Of a stretch of 64,000 nucleotides of DNA, positions 30,672 to 39,356 are shown piece after piece. The stretch spans positions 7,947-71,946 of the forward strand of contig CAWCOD010000005.1 in NCBI GenBank assembly GCA_963797055.1, read 5' to 3'. Every line of letters begins with the position of its first letter. Position 1 is the first letter of the stretch. The position numbers and the translations under genes were made by a program. Origin of the DNA: an uncultured Holophagae bacterium (GTDB lineage Bacteria; Acidobacteriota; Thermoanaerobaculia; Thermoanaerobaculales; Sulfomarinibacteraceae). The notes beneath the pieces were generated by a model that did not search any database, was not told the DNA's origin, and saw only the letters and a program-made list of their open reading frames with translations.

Positions 30672-30968
30672 GCAGGATCGAGGAGCTGTCACGGTTGTTG
30701 GCATCGGACGAGGAATTCACGCAACAGAAATTGTCCGATTCGAACCGGAGTGATCCTGGACGTGGACTCTCTCCAGGTCTTTTCCCTCAATCCCACCGGG
30801 CAGTTCCTGGTGGATTGTCTGCGGCAGGGTGTGACCACCGAAAGCGGTTTGGTGGAGCGACTGGTGGGCGAGTTTGACGTCGGGGAGGCAACGGCGAAGG
30901 AGGACGTCGCCGGCTTCCTGGGGGAGCTTGAGACGTACTTGATCGAAAAGCGGATCAAAAAGGGCTGA
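30668..30968 (+). pseudogene. PqqD-family protein (lasso B1 / RRE), probable frameshift near 30748
   Basis: The ATG at 30668 overlaps the B2 stop (ATGA). Frame 2 gives MSRIEELSRLLASDEEFTQQKLSDSNRS, then frame 3 gives ILDVDSLQVFSLNPTGQFLVDCLRQGVTTESGLVERLVGEFDVGEATAKEDVAGFLGEL (PqqD pattern). Alternatively it is a short 72-aa protein from GTG 30750. Confidence 0.7.
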
Positions 30969-30974
30969 GAGGCC

Positions 30975-31050
30975 CATTGCGAATATTCGAAATTCGGAAT
31001 TCGACCCTACCCAACCCCCTCTATTCACTATTCACTATTGACTATTTGCT
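30975..31050. repeat. Composite repeat: heptamer array (ATTCGAA type), C-box, heptamer array (TATTCAC type)
   Basis: cattgcgaatattcgaaattcggaattcga / ccctacccaaccccctc / tattcac tattcac tattgac tatttgc. Confidence 0.85.
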
Positions 31051-31103
31051 TTTCCAAACGAGCGCTTGACGCCCCGGTGACCTCGGGAGACGATAAAGAC
31101 GAG

Positions 31104-32235
31104 ATGACCGATCAATCGTCGAAGGTGCCGCTGCCGCCCTCCAAAACATCGTGGGTCGGGCTGCTGATCGGCCTGGTCGTCGGCCTGATGGTGGTGTTGC
31201 GCATCCTGGCGCCGTTCGTGGGTGTGATATTCATCGCGCTGGTAGCAGCGGGGCTGCTCCACCAACCCTACGTCAAGCTGACCCGGCTGTTCAACGGGCG
31301 GAGACGACTGGCCGCTCTGGCCATTTGCGTGGCGCTGGTCGTGGCACTGATGGTCCCGCTGTTCTTTACCGCAATCGAGGTTTCGCAGGAGACGCTGGAT
31401 TTCTACGAAATTTCGACGTCGCAGCTCACCGAACGGAGTCTGCTCGACGCCATCGAGGCGAATCGGGGCGCCCTGGACAGGGTCAACCAGCTCCTCGCTC
31501 CCTTGGGCGCATACTTGACACCGGAAGACGTGGTGGCGCGGATCGCTGCGGCCGGGGCCGGTCTGGGCGGCTTCTTCTACAAACAGGGGGTGTCGCTCGC
31601 CACCGGTTTGGCCCGATTCGTGATCGGGTTCCTCGTGTGGGTGATCGTTCTCTTCTACCTGCTGGTGTATGGGCCTGCGGTGCGTGCCTGGTTCCGGGAC
31701 ACCGTGCCGTTGCAGGCAGACGAGCAGGAGCTCCTCCGGCACCGCTTCATGGACATGGCCTCTTCGCTGGTGGTCGGCAACGGAGCGGCGGCCATCATCC
31801 AGGGCGTGGCGGGCGGGATGATATTTGCCCTTCTCGACCTTCCCGGCCCGGTGTTGTGGGGGGTCGTGATGGGGCTTTTGGCGTTCATCCCGGTGGTGGG
31901 GATTTCATTGGTCTTCATGCCGGTGTGGGCCGTGCTCATGCTCGCCGGCCAGACGGGTCGAGCGTTTGCGTTGCTGATCCCGCTCGCGGTCCTGGCTGCG
32001 GTGGTGGAGTACTGGCTCAAGCCGGTGCTGGTGGGCCGTCGGGCGCAGCTTCCCACGTTGTTGGTCTTCTTCTCGTTGTTGGGAGGCTTCGACGCATTCG
32101 GGGCGGTCGGATTACTGATTGGACCGTTGATGATGACCGTGTTCCTCACCCTTGTGTCCATCTATCGGCGAGTATTACCGTCCCTTCGCGCGTGGTGGGC
32201 CAGATGCCGGTGTCGGCCCGGCCTCGATCGAATAA
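31104..32235 (+). pseudogene. AI-2E family transporter (PerM/UPF0118), frameshifted near 32165
   Basis: Eight hydrophobic segments. PVLWGVVMGLLAFIPVVGISLVF...YWLKPVLVGRRAQLPTLLVFFSLLGG. The C-terminus EYYRPFARGG...IE-stop (TAA 32233-32235) lies in frame 1. The long frame-3 read-through to 32771 is an artefact. Confidence 0.8.
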
Positions 32236-32368
32236 GGAGCGAGGACCACCGAAGACGGTCAGCACGAACCTGGGGCTCCTTGACGAGGTGCACTCCGGGC
32301 TCGGCCACGGATTCGGACTGGTGCAATCTCCGTGTGCTTCAGCCGATTTTTAGCAGCCGCCAAGCGGC

Positions 32369-32839
32369 TTACGGCTGCGGTTTCAGGCCAACGGCTAAGG
32401 TTCCGGCCTGGTGGCCGACCGGCCGGTCCGGGCTCTTCATGTGGACCTTACCCTCGAAGGTGGCGCCGTCGGCAATCCGAATCCGTGGCGCGGTGATGTT
32501 CCCCTCGACTGTCGCGGACGTTTCCAGTTGGATGGTCTCACCGGCAAGGATGTCGCCTCGCACGGTCCCCGCCACCACCACAGTGCGGGCCGCGAGGTTG
32601 CCTTCCACCACGCCTTGTGCGGCAACCTTGAGGTGTCCTGTGCCATCGACTGCGCCTTTGAGTTCGCCCTCGATTTCGACGTCGCTGGAGCCTGTGATGG
32701 TGCCCTCGATACGGTTTCCACGGGCAATCACGGTATTGCCGGCAGAAGGAGTCTGGCCAGCCTCCTGCTGACTCCCGGACGGCGTCGATGCGGGATGTTT
32801 GGAGTGAGAATTACGTTCGTCTCGGCCGAAGATGCCCAT
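32369..32839 (-). CDS. Bactofilin-family cytoskeletal protein
   Basis: MGIFGRDE...NTVIARGNRIEGTITGSSDVEIEGELKGAV...VVVAGTVRGDILAGETIQLETSATVEGNITAPRIRIADGATFEGKV (beta-helical DUF583 repeats). The upstream part of ORF 32369..32998 runs through the tRNA and is discarded. Confidence 0.85.
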   Translation of the reverse strand: MGIFGRDERNSHSKHPASTPSGSQQEAGQTPSAGNTVIARGNRIEGTITGSSDVEIEGELKGAVDGTGHLKVAAQGVVEGNLAARTVVVAGTVRGDILAGETIQLETSATVEGNITAPRIRIADGATFEGKVHMKSPDRPVGHQAGTLAVGLKPQP

Positions 32840-32870
32840 GCTTGAGAACCTCGCGAGTGGGGTCATGATC

Positions 32871-32946
32871 TGGAGCGGGCAACGGGATTCGAACCCGCGA
32901 CTCTCAGCTTGGGAAGCTGATACTCTACCAACTGAGTTATGCCCGC
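32871..32946 (-). tRNA. tRNA-Gly (anticodon CCC), CCA encoded
   Basis: The reverse complement GCGGGCATAACTCAGTTGGTAGAGTATCAGCTTCCCAAGCTGAGAGTCGCGGGTTCGAATCCCGTTGCCCGCTCCA folds by hand into a cloverleaf with a 7-bp acceptor stem, anticodon loop TTCCCAA and T-loop TTCGAAT. Confidence 0.93.
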
Positions 32947-33069
32947 CCGCGCGGAGCGTCACTCTAGCACTTATTCCACAATGGGACAATCTCGCCATGC
33001 CTGCCTTCAGCGATGCGGTATCAATGTCTGGCGTGGAATTTGCATTCGCAATTGCCCGAGGAGACAGGA

Positions 33070-33512
33070 ATGCGGCAACGAGGATTTACTCTCATAGAGC
33101 TCTGATCGTGGTGGCGATCATCGGGATCGTGGCGGCGATCGCCATCCCGAATCTGCTCAACTCCATCCAGCGGGCTCGGCAAAAACGGACCATGTCCGGC
33201 ATGCGTGGGATCTCCGAGGGCATCGAAATCTACCAGCAGGACCACGGCGCCTACCCCGAATACGCTGACGTGCCGGTGTCTGCCCTGGCGGGCGATCTCG
33301 CGCTCTACGTCAGGCCATTCGACCCCAAGGATGGCTGGAATCGAACCTTCTGGTATGCCGCGAGCGGCGACTACTACACTTTAATTTCCTATGGCAGCGA
33401 CGGTCAGGACGATGGTGCCCACCCGTTGGGCGAGACCGGCAGATTCGAATGCGACATCCTCTTTTCATCCGGGGTCTTTGTCCAATGGCCGGACGGGGTC
33501 CAGCAGCAGTGA
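33070..33512 (+). pseudogene. Type II secretion/type IV pilin-like pseudopilin (GspG-like), frameshifted near 33100
   Basis: Frame 1: MRQRGFTLIEL (prepilin cleavage/methylation motif), then frame 3: IVVAIIGIVAAIAIPNLLNSIQRARQKRT...DGWNRTFWY...YTLISYGSDGQDD. Confidence 0.8.
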
Positions 33513-33583
33513 CGGACAGGGATCGGGGATGACGTAGAGGGTCACCCATGGTGGCCAAATGACGCATTGCGAAAGTCGGGCTG

Positions 33584-33820
33584 CGAATTCCGGATTGCAG
33601 ATTTCATATTGCAGATTGCATATCCCCCCGCCCACCTGGGAAGGTTGCGCTGATCGGGCGTGACAACCTTGACGACGTTGTAGCCAGGTCGAATTTTGAA
33701 TTCTCAATTTTTAATGTTGATTTCCTCCCTCTCCCAACCAGAGGACCGGGGGGACGGGTGGGAATTCAAAATTTAGAATTCTCGATCCAGCGTTCAACGT
33801 GTAACGTTGAACGTCAAAAC
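33584..33820. repeat. Dense composite intergenic repeat region (several heptamer arrays, C/G boxes, GATCGGGCGTG box)
   Basis: gattgca gatttca tattgca gattgca / ccccccgcccacctggg / ctgatcgggcgtg / gaattttgaattctcaattt / ctccctctcccaacc...ccggggggacgggtggg / aattcaaaatttagaattc / gttcaacgtgtaacgttgaac. Confidence 0.85.
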
Positions 33821-33869
33821 CTCATCCAAAAAGCCATGGAATTGCGGGTGCGGGTACACTTCCCGCATC

Positions 33870-35056
33870 ATGACGACCTTGAACCATTTCTCCCGTCAGC
33901 TCCCGAATTTTTTGGAGGAGTTGCGGACGATCGTGGAAATGGACTCGCCCACCGGTGACGTAATCGTGCGCCCAGCGGGTCGCCGCCGTGTTGCAGGGTT
34001 GGTTCTCCGAGGTGGCATCGGTTGAATCCGAACCGATCAGCGGCTACGGACCGATGATCAGGGTGCGTCGACCGGGGACGGGGACAAAGGTTTTCCTGTC
34101 GGCCCACTACGACACGGTTTGGTCGGTGGGTCGTGGGCGGAGCCCTGGGTCGAGCGGGATGGCAGGATCTACGGCCCCGGGGTCTACGACATGAAGGCGG
34201 GCCTGCTGTTCATTCTCTTTGCCTTGCGGTGGCTCCGCCAAACCGATCGCGATGCTCCCGATCTCGAGATTCTGCTCAATCCCGACGAAGAGATGGGTTC
34301 CATGGGTTCGCGGGCCAGCATCGAGGAGGCCGCAGCCCTCGCCGACTTCGCTCTCGTGCTGGAGCCGGCCAGCCCGGCGGCCACCTCAAGCTGGAGCGCA
34401 AGGGTTCCGGTGAGTACGTCGTCGAGGTGAAGGGTCATCCGGCTCATCAGGGCGTCCAGCCCGAGGCTGGTGTCAACGCGATCATCGAGGCCTCTCATCA
34501 GATATCTCGCCATGCTCGAACTTCAGGATCTCGCGCGAGGAACCACGGTTGGTCCGAATATCATCGCCGGGGGCACGGTGAGCAACACGGTGGCCTCCGC
34601 GGCGAAAATCACGGTGGATGTGCGGGCCTGGACCCGAGACGAACAGCGACGGCTGGATCGTGGGCTGCGCGAACTCGCTCCCAATCTCGCCGGGGCCGAG
34701 ATCACCCTCCGCGGCGGTTGGAACCGCCCCCCGATGGAGTCGTCCCCGGCCTCCGTTGAGCTCTTCCTGCGGACCCGGCAGATTGGGCTGGACCTCGGAC
34801 TGGATCTCCAACGGGTGGCGTGGGGGGGTCTTCGGATGCCAATCTCGCTGCGGCTGTGGGCGTGCCCACGATGGATGGCTTCGGCCCGGTGGGCAACGGC
34901 GCCCACCAGTTCAGCGAACACATCGTGGCCGACCAGTTCCCGGTTCGGCTGGCGTTGTTCTCGGAACTGGTCGCGTCGCTGGCGATACCGCCCGAGGATT
35001 GGCTCAGCCAGGCCGCACAGCGCGGCTTCCGCCACAGAGGCCACGAGAACAGTTGA
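33870..35056 (+). pseudogene. M20-family metallopeptidase (carboxypeptidase G2-like), about 5 frameshifts
   Basis: Family motifs are scattered over frames 3,1,3,2,3,2: MTTLNHF...EMDSPTGD / FLSAHYDTVW / GPGVYDMKAGL...NPDEEMGSMGS / LKLERKGSGEYVVEVKGHPAHQGVQPEAGVNAI / IIAGGTVSNTVASAAKITVDVRAW / GGSSDANLAAAVGVPTMDGFGPVGNGAHQFSEH. Confidence 0.75.
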
Positions 35057-35100
35057 TCGCGCCCCCCAAGCTGGTCTCCTCAGGGGTGGGAGATATCGTC

Positions 35101-35147
35101 GTCGAATTGCAGATTGCGGATTGCAGATTGGGTGGGGTGGAGGGGGG
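35101..35147. repeat. Heptamer array (TGCAGAT type) plus G-box
   Basis: gtcgaat tgcagat tgcggat tgcagat tgg / gtggggtggagggggg. It lies between convergent genes. Confidence 0.85.
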
Positions 35148-36475
35148 TTAATCTTCGCCGGGCCACGCTGGGATTTGGACCGTGAACACAGATCCCTCGT
35201 CGTGTTCGCTGCGCACCGAGATCTTGCCTCCCATGGCGTCCACGAGTTTGCGGCAGACCGCAAGCCCAGACCGGAGCCATCCTTCCGTCGGTCGGGATGG
35301 AGCCGGACAAACTCGTCGAAAACCTCGGCGACTCGATCGGCCGGAATCCCGATCCCCGTGTCGCTCACCGAGATCTCGAATCGAATCACCGTCACGTTCG
35401 GTGCGAAGTGTCACCGATCCTCCAGCCGGGGTGTTCTTGAGGCTGTTGTCGATCAGGTTGCGTACGATCTGCTGGAGTCGTCCCTCGTCGGCCCGTGCCG
35501 ACGCCGGGGAAACGGCCTCCAAACGGAGCTCGATCTCAGCTCGTTCGGCGAGTGGCCGCATCTCCTCGATGACCGTGGCCAGCGCCGGCGTGATTTCAAC
35601 GCGTTCGATCTGCAGCCGGACGCGACCGGTCTCGAGAGCCGCGAGATCCACCATGTCGAGAACCAGGCGACGGAGCCTGAGTACGCTCTCATGGCAGATC
35701 TCGATATACGACACTTGCTCGTCCGACAGACCCGGAGCCAACTCGTTGAGCAGGGTTTCCAAATAGACCTGTAGGACCGTCAATGGGGTCTTGAGTTCAT
35801 GGGCGGAGGACGAGAAGAACAGCGTTCTCCGGGCCGCCAGATGTTCGATCCGGTGCTGCATCTCCGCCAGCTGATCCTCCAATTGCCGATGGTCGCGTGC
35901 AGCATCGCGTGATCGGCTCTCGACGCCTCGGGCGCATCGATTTCGGCCGAGTCATCGTTCAGCTGTCCGGAGGGACGCGATTCCACTGAGGTCAGCGCGA
36001 CGAGGGCGTGCGGTGGAAGATGGTGGTCCTGAGAGCAGGTCACCCGAACCGGGATCCTGTGACCGTCAATCAGAATGATCTGTGGCCGGGCACTCACCTG
36101 GCTGTTGCCGGTCAGCATCTCGATCAGCCACCCGTTTGTCTGATCCTCCGGGTCTTTGATCACGTGAACGAGTGGCCTGCCCGACGCGGCGTTGATGGCG
36201 TTGACGATGGCGCTGTCCCGGCCGCCGTGGATCGCGCAGATCCGACCGTCGGGCAGGACCTCGAACACGGCGTCCGAGATCTCGGCGGCGAGCCGGCACC
36301 ATCCGCTCTCGATTCGACGTCCGACCTCGTGTTCGAGGACGGTGCGTTCAACCACTCGGCACAGTTCTCCTGCGGGGTCATCACTGGCCATGGCCTGGAT
36401 GACGTCGTGTTCGAGCTTTGCGCGCACCGAGTCCGGGAGAGACTCCGGAGCCGGTGCTGTGGGGCGTGTTACCAT
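35148..36475 (-). pseudogene. PAS-domain sensor histidine kinase, about 3 frameshifts
   Basis: N-terminal part in ORF 35780..36733 (from MVTRPTAP). H-box FSSSAHELKTPLTVL and N-box LQQIVRNLIDNSLKNTP in ORF 35148..35882. G-boxes VSDTGIGIPADRVAEVFDEFVRL...GSGLGL in ORF 34523..35395. The tail is AVCRKLVDAMGGKISVRSEHDEGSVFTVQIP. Confidence 0.8.
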
Positions 36476-36598
36476 CTCGTCGCGCCTCGTGGTGTTCCGA
36501 GTATACGGCGGCACGGAGCGGATTTCGTCGCCGCGTCTTCGTGGCGCCATGGAGTCGAAGCGTCGACGCAGCGCGCCTGCACAGGACGACGGCGGGTG

Positions 36599-38413
36599 AT
36601 GGAGGTTCGGACGACCACTGCGAGACGCTCCTCTGCCCATTTCTTCGCCCGCGAGCTGCGCTTCGGGCTGTTCTTGGTGTTGGGCATGGTGCCTGCGTCG
36701 TGGTTCTTCGCGCGGCGGGTGAGGGAGACGCACCGTCGCGGATCGAGATCGAGTTCGAGCCTTATGGCAACCTCCGATGGGACCGCGGCCGACAACCGGT
36801 CCTCAAGGTGACTCCCCGCCGCGGCGACGGCTGGATTTCCCTGGCTCAGAAATTCTGGGTCAGCTCCGGTGTGGTGACCGATCTCCGAGCCGCCAACCCC
36901 GGCCTGTCTCATCCCATGCAGGATCGCCCCGTGAGAGTTCCGGTGGAGATCCTGAAAGGTGATCTTCGTCTGGAGGCCGTGAAGCGGCTGTTCCGGTTGA
37001 CCGTCGGGTCTCCGATGGGTGGGAACACTGGGTGCTCGACCCATTTGACGACGGTGAGGAGAGCTGGGAGTGGCTCGCCGACGTGTTCACCGGCAACACG
37101 GCGAAGTCCCGTGCTCTCAGGAATCGAACCCGGGATTGCCGGACGAGGATCTGGAGCGGGGCCGGCCGATGGTGATCCCCACAGGGTTGCTGTTGCCGGC
37201 GTTTCGGGACGTCCCAGCACCGGTGCCGACGCCGAAACCGTCGATCGCTGGTTGGCGGGAACAGGTGCCGGCTGAGGACGGGCTGCCGCTGAGCTACGGC
37301 GAGGACGATCTCGGGCCCTTCGCCCAGTATCGCCTCCAGCGAGGTGAGGCTCTCTACTCAGCGGTGGTCGTGCGATTCACCGGACAGCTCATCGCCAAAG
37401 AGGTCAACGCCACCGCCCTTGAAATCGCCGAGCGCTCGGGGATCGACGATGTGACATCGATTCCGGTGGGCTATCCGGTGCGCATCCCCCTTGACTTGCT
37501 GGTGCCCAAGTACCTGCCGACCAATCACCCCGACGTCAGGCGTGGGAGGCGGAGCGTCGGGAATTGGCGGGCTTTCTCGAGGTGATCCAGGCCACCGATC
37601 TATCCGGTGTCCAGGTCGTCATCGACGCCGGTCATCGTGGTGTCGACAGCGGAGCGTCGGTGGCAGGGCTGTGGGAAGCGACCTACGTCTACGACATCGG
37701 GTGCAGGATTCGTCGAAATCTCGAGCAACACACCAGGGCCACGGTCTGGATGACCCGAAAGGACGGCGATCTCGGCTTTCAGGTGCCCGACAGGGGACAC
37801 CCTGACGAGGACCGAAACCAGTACCTGCTGACCCACCCGCAATACCGTCTCCAGGAACACGGTCCTGGGGGTCCACCTCCGGTGGTATCTGACCAACGAC
37901 ATCATCCTCAACCGAGTCGAGCGGCGAAGGTTCCGCGCTCGAAGACGGTTTTTCTGTCGGTCCACGCCGACTCGCTCCACCCAAGCGTTCGTGGAGCGAT
38001 GGGTCGACGTGCCCTCCAGGTATCTTCGGCCCAACAGCTACACCGTGCGACGTCAGGACATCAGGGCGTATGCGGAGTACAAGGCCACCCGACGGTGCGT
38101 CTGGGGGCGGAGTACAAGGCCAGGGTCGAAGCGTCGTCGCGCCACATGGCGGGCAAGATCGTGGCCAGTCTCGACCGCAACGGGCTTGCGGTCCACGATG
38201 ACGACCCCGTGCGGGGCCGAATTCTGCGGGGCCGCCGCAGTTGGGTGCCGGCGGTCCTTCGCTACACCGCCGCTCAGAACGCTCTGCTGCTTGAAAGCCT
38301 GCAACCTCGCGAACCCCTTGGATCGGGAGCTGTTGGTGGACGAAGATTGGCGGGAGAACTTCTCGCGGGCGGTGGTCGAAGGGATGGCCGAGGCGTTCAA
38401 TACCCAGAAGTGA
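36599..38413 (+). pseudogene. N-acetylmuramoyl-L-alanine amidase (Amidase_3-like) with an N-terminal anchor, at least 4 frameshifts
   Basis: MEVRTTTARRSSAHFFARELRFGLFLVLGMVPASWFFA (frame 2). Catalytic region VVIDAGHRGVDSGASVAGLWEATYVYDIGCRIRRNLEQHTRATVWMTRKDGD and FLSVHADS (frame 1). The tail ACNLANPLDRELLVDEDWRENFSRAVVEGMAEAF lies in frame 2. Confidence 0.6.
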
Positions 38414-38515
38414 CCCGCCACCCGACAATTTGCGAATTACGAATTACGAATTGCAGATTGCAGATTACAAATTACAAATTACAGATTGCAGATTGCGGAT
38501 TCCCCCGCCCACCCG
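38414..38515. repeat. Longest heptamer array (11 units, GAATTAC/AGATTGC) flanked by two direct C-boxes
   Basis: cccgccacccg / aatttgc gaattac gaattac gaattgc agattgc agattac aaattac aaattac agattgc agattgc ggattc / ccccgcccacccgg. Confidence 0.9.
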
Positions 38516-38685
38516 GATCGTGAAAGGTCGCGATGGGCGGGCGCGCCACTTCTGACACTCTCGGGTTGATCGCGTCGAGGGTCTCCAAACTGTTGAGTCC
38601 CGAAAGTGTCAGGGGTGGCAACCACGGGGAGCGCCTCAGGGAGATGGCCGCGGCGAAGTCAGCAGATCGAATCGAACACATGGGC

Positions 38686-38756
38686 CGGTGCCAGGCACCG
38701 TCGAAATTGGAACGGTAGAAGGAGATCGACACATCTGCGGCGGTGCCTGGCACCGA
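38686..38756 (+). repeat. Palindrome-terminated ~70-nt element, copy 1 of 3
   Basis: cggtgccaggcaccgtcgaaat...(about 26 nt)...tctgcggcggtgcctggcaccgacatg. The termini GGTGCCAGGCACC and GGTGCCTGGCACC are reverse complements of each other. Confidence 0.85.
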
Positions 38757-38885
38757 CATGTGGGGAGCGCCCCGGAGGTGGGCGCGATGGGTGACGGAAT
38801 TCGATCATTGGCCGCAGTGCCTTCGTCGCTACCCGGTTCTCATCGCACGTCCCGTCCCACAAAGGCGTTCCGGGCGGGCGGGGGT

Positions 38886-38917
38886 CCTCATAGCCCCATA
38901 GCCCCATAGCCCCATAG
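38886..38917. repeat. Octamer tandem repeat (CCCCATAG x4)
   Basis: cctcatag ccccatag ccccatag ccccatag read directly. Confidence 0.9.
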
Positions 38918-38936
38918 CGACGAAGGGAGGGGAAAA

Positions 38937-39322
38937 TCAGTCCCCGATCTTGATCGGGTCACCGAGGTGCGAGAAGGAGAAACTCGAGAAGATGTGGTGG
39001 CCGTTGAAATCGAGGACCCTTACATCTTCCCCGTGCTCCAAGTCGGACGCAATGACGTCGAATGGGAGACCGCAGTCCGGCGGACGATGTCCAACGGCAC
39101 CTCGTAAGCGATGAATTTCAAAATCCCCTGGTGCCCGAGTTTGTCCACCAGCCGCTCGTCGGTGAGCGCCGGGTAGGTGGTCAGAATGAGGATGGGGCCG
39201 GTTCCGGAAAAAACGATGTATGACGATCCGCACCCCCGCGATAAATTGGAATTCTCGTCCAAGTGTAACCGGTTTCGGTCGGCGCGGAATAGGGCGGCGA
39301 ACAGCCCGCGCCAGCCCAGCAT
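38937..39322 (-). pseudogene. Hypothetical protein, apparently split by one frameshift
   Basis: ORFs 39020..39322 (...SSYIVFSGTGPILILTTYPALTDERLVDKLGHQGILKFIAYEVPLD) and 38937..39233 (...FDVIASDLEHGEDVRVLDFNGHHIFSSFSFSHLGDPIKIGD) overlap in different frames and read as one product. The family is not recognised. Confidence 0.35.
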
Positions 39323-39356
39323 GCGGAGACCGGCACTTCAGTCAGGCGACCGTGAC

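Noticed and set aside
31038-32771. 577-aa ORF suggesting a transporter fused to a long C-terminal domain
   Set aside because: The part after ~32165 is Arg/Ser/Pro-rich read-through antisense to the bactofilin gene. The transporter C-terminus continues in frame 1 to a TAA at 32233-32235.
32871-32946. tRNA-Gly as the attachment site of an integrated element
   Set aside because: No integrase was found, no direct repeat of the tRNA 3' end was found nearby, and the neighbouring genes (bactofilin, pseudopilin) are ordinary chromosomal genes.
38686-38756. A sigma54 promoter inside the palindrome-terminated element (it contains TGGCAC)
   Set aside because: TGGCAC is present, but neither strand of any copy has a TTGC(A/T) element at the required 5-nt spacing. 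The hexamer is simply part of the GGTGCCNGGCACC palindrome.
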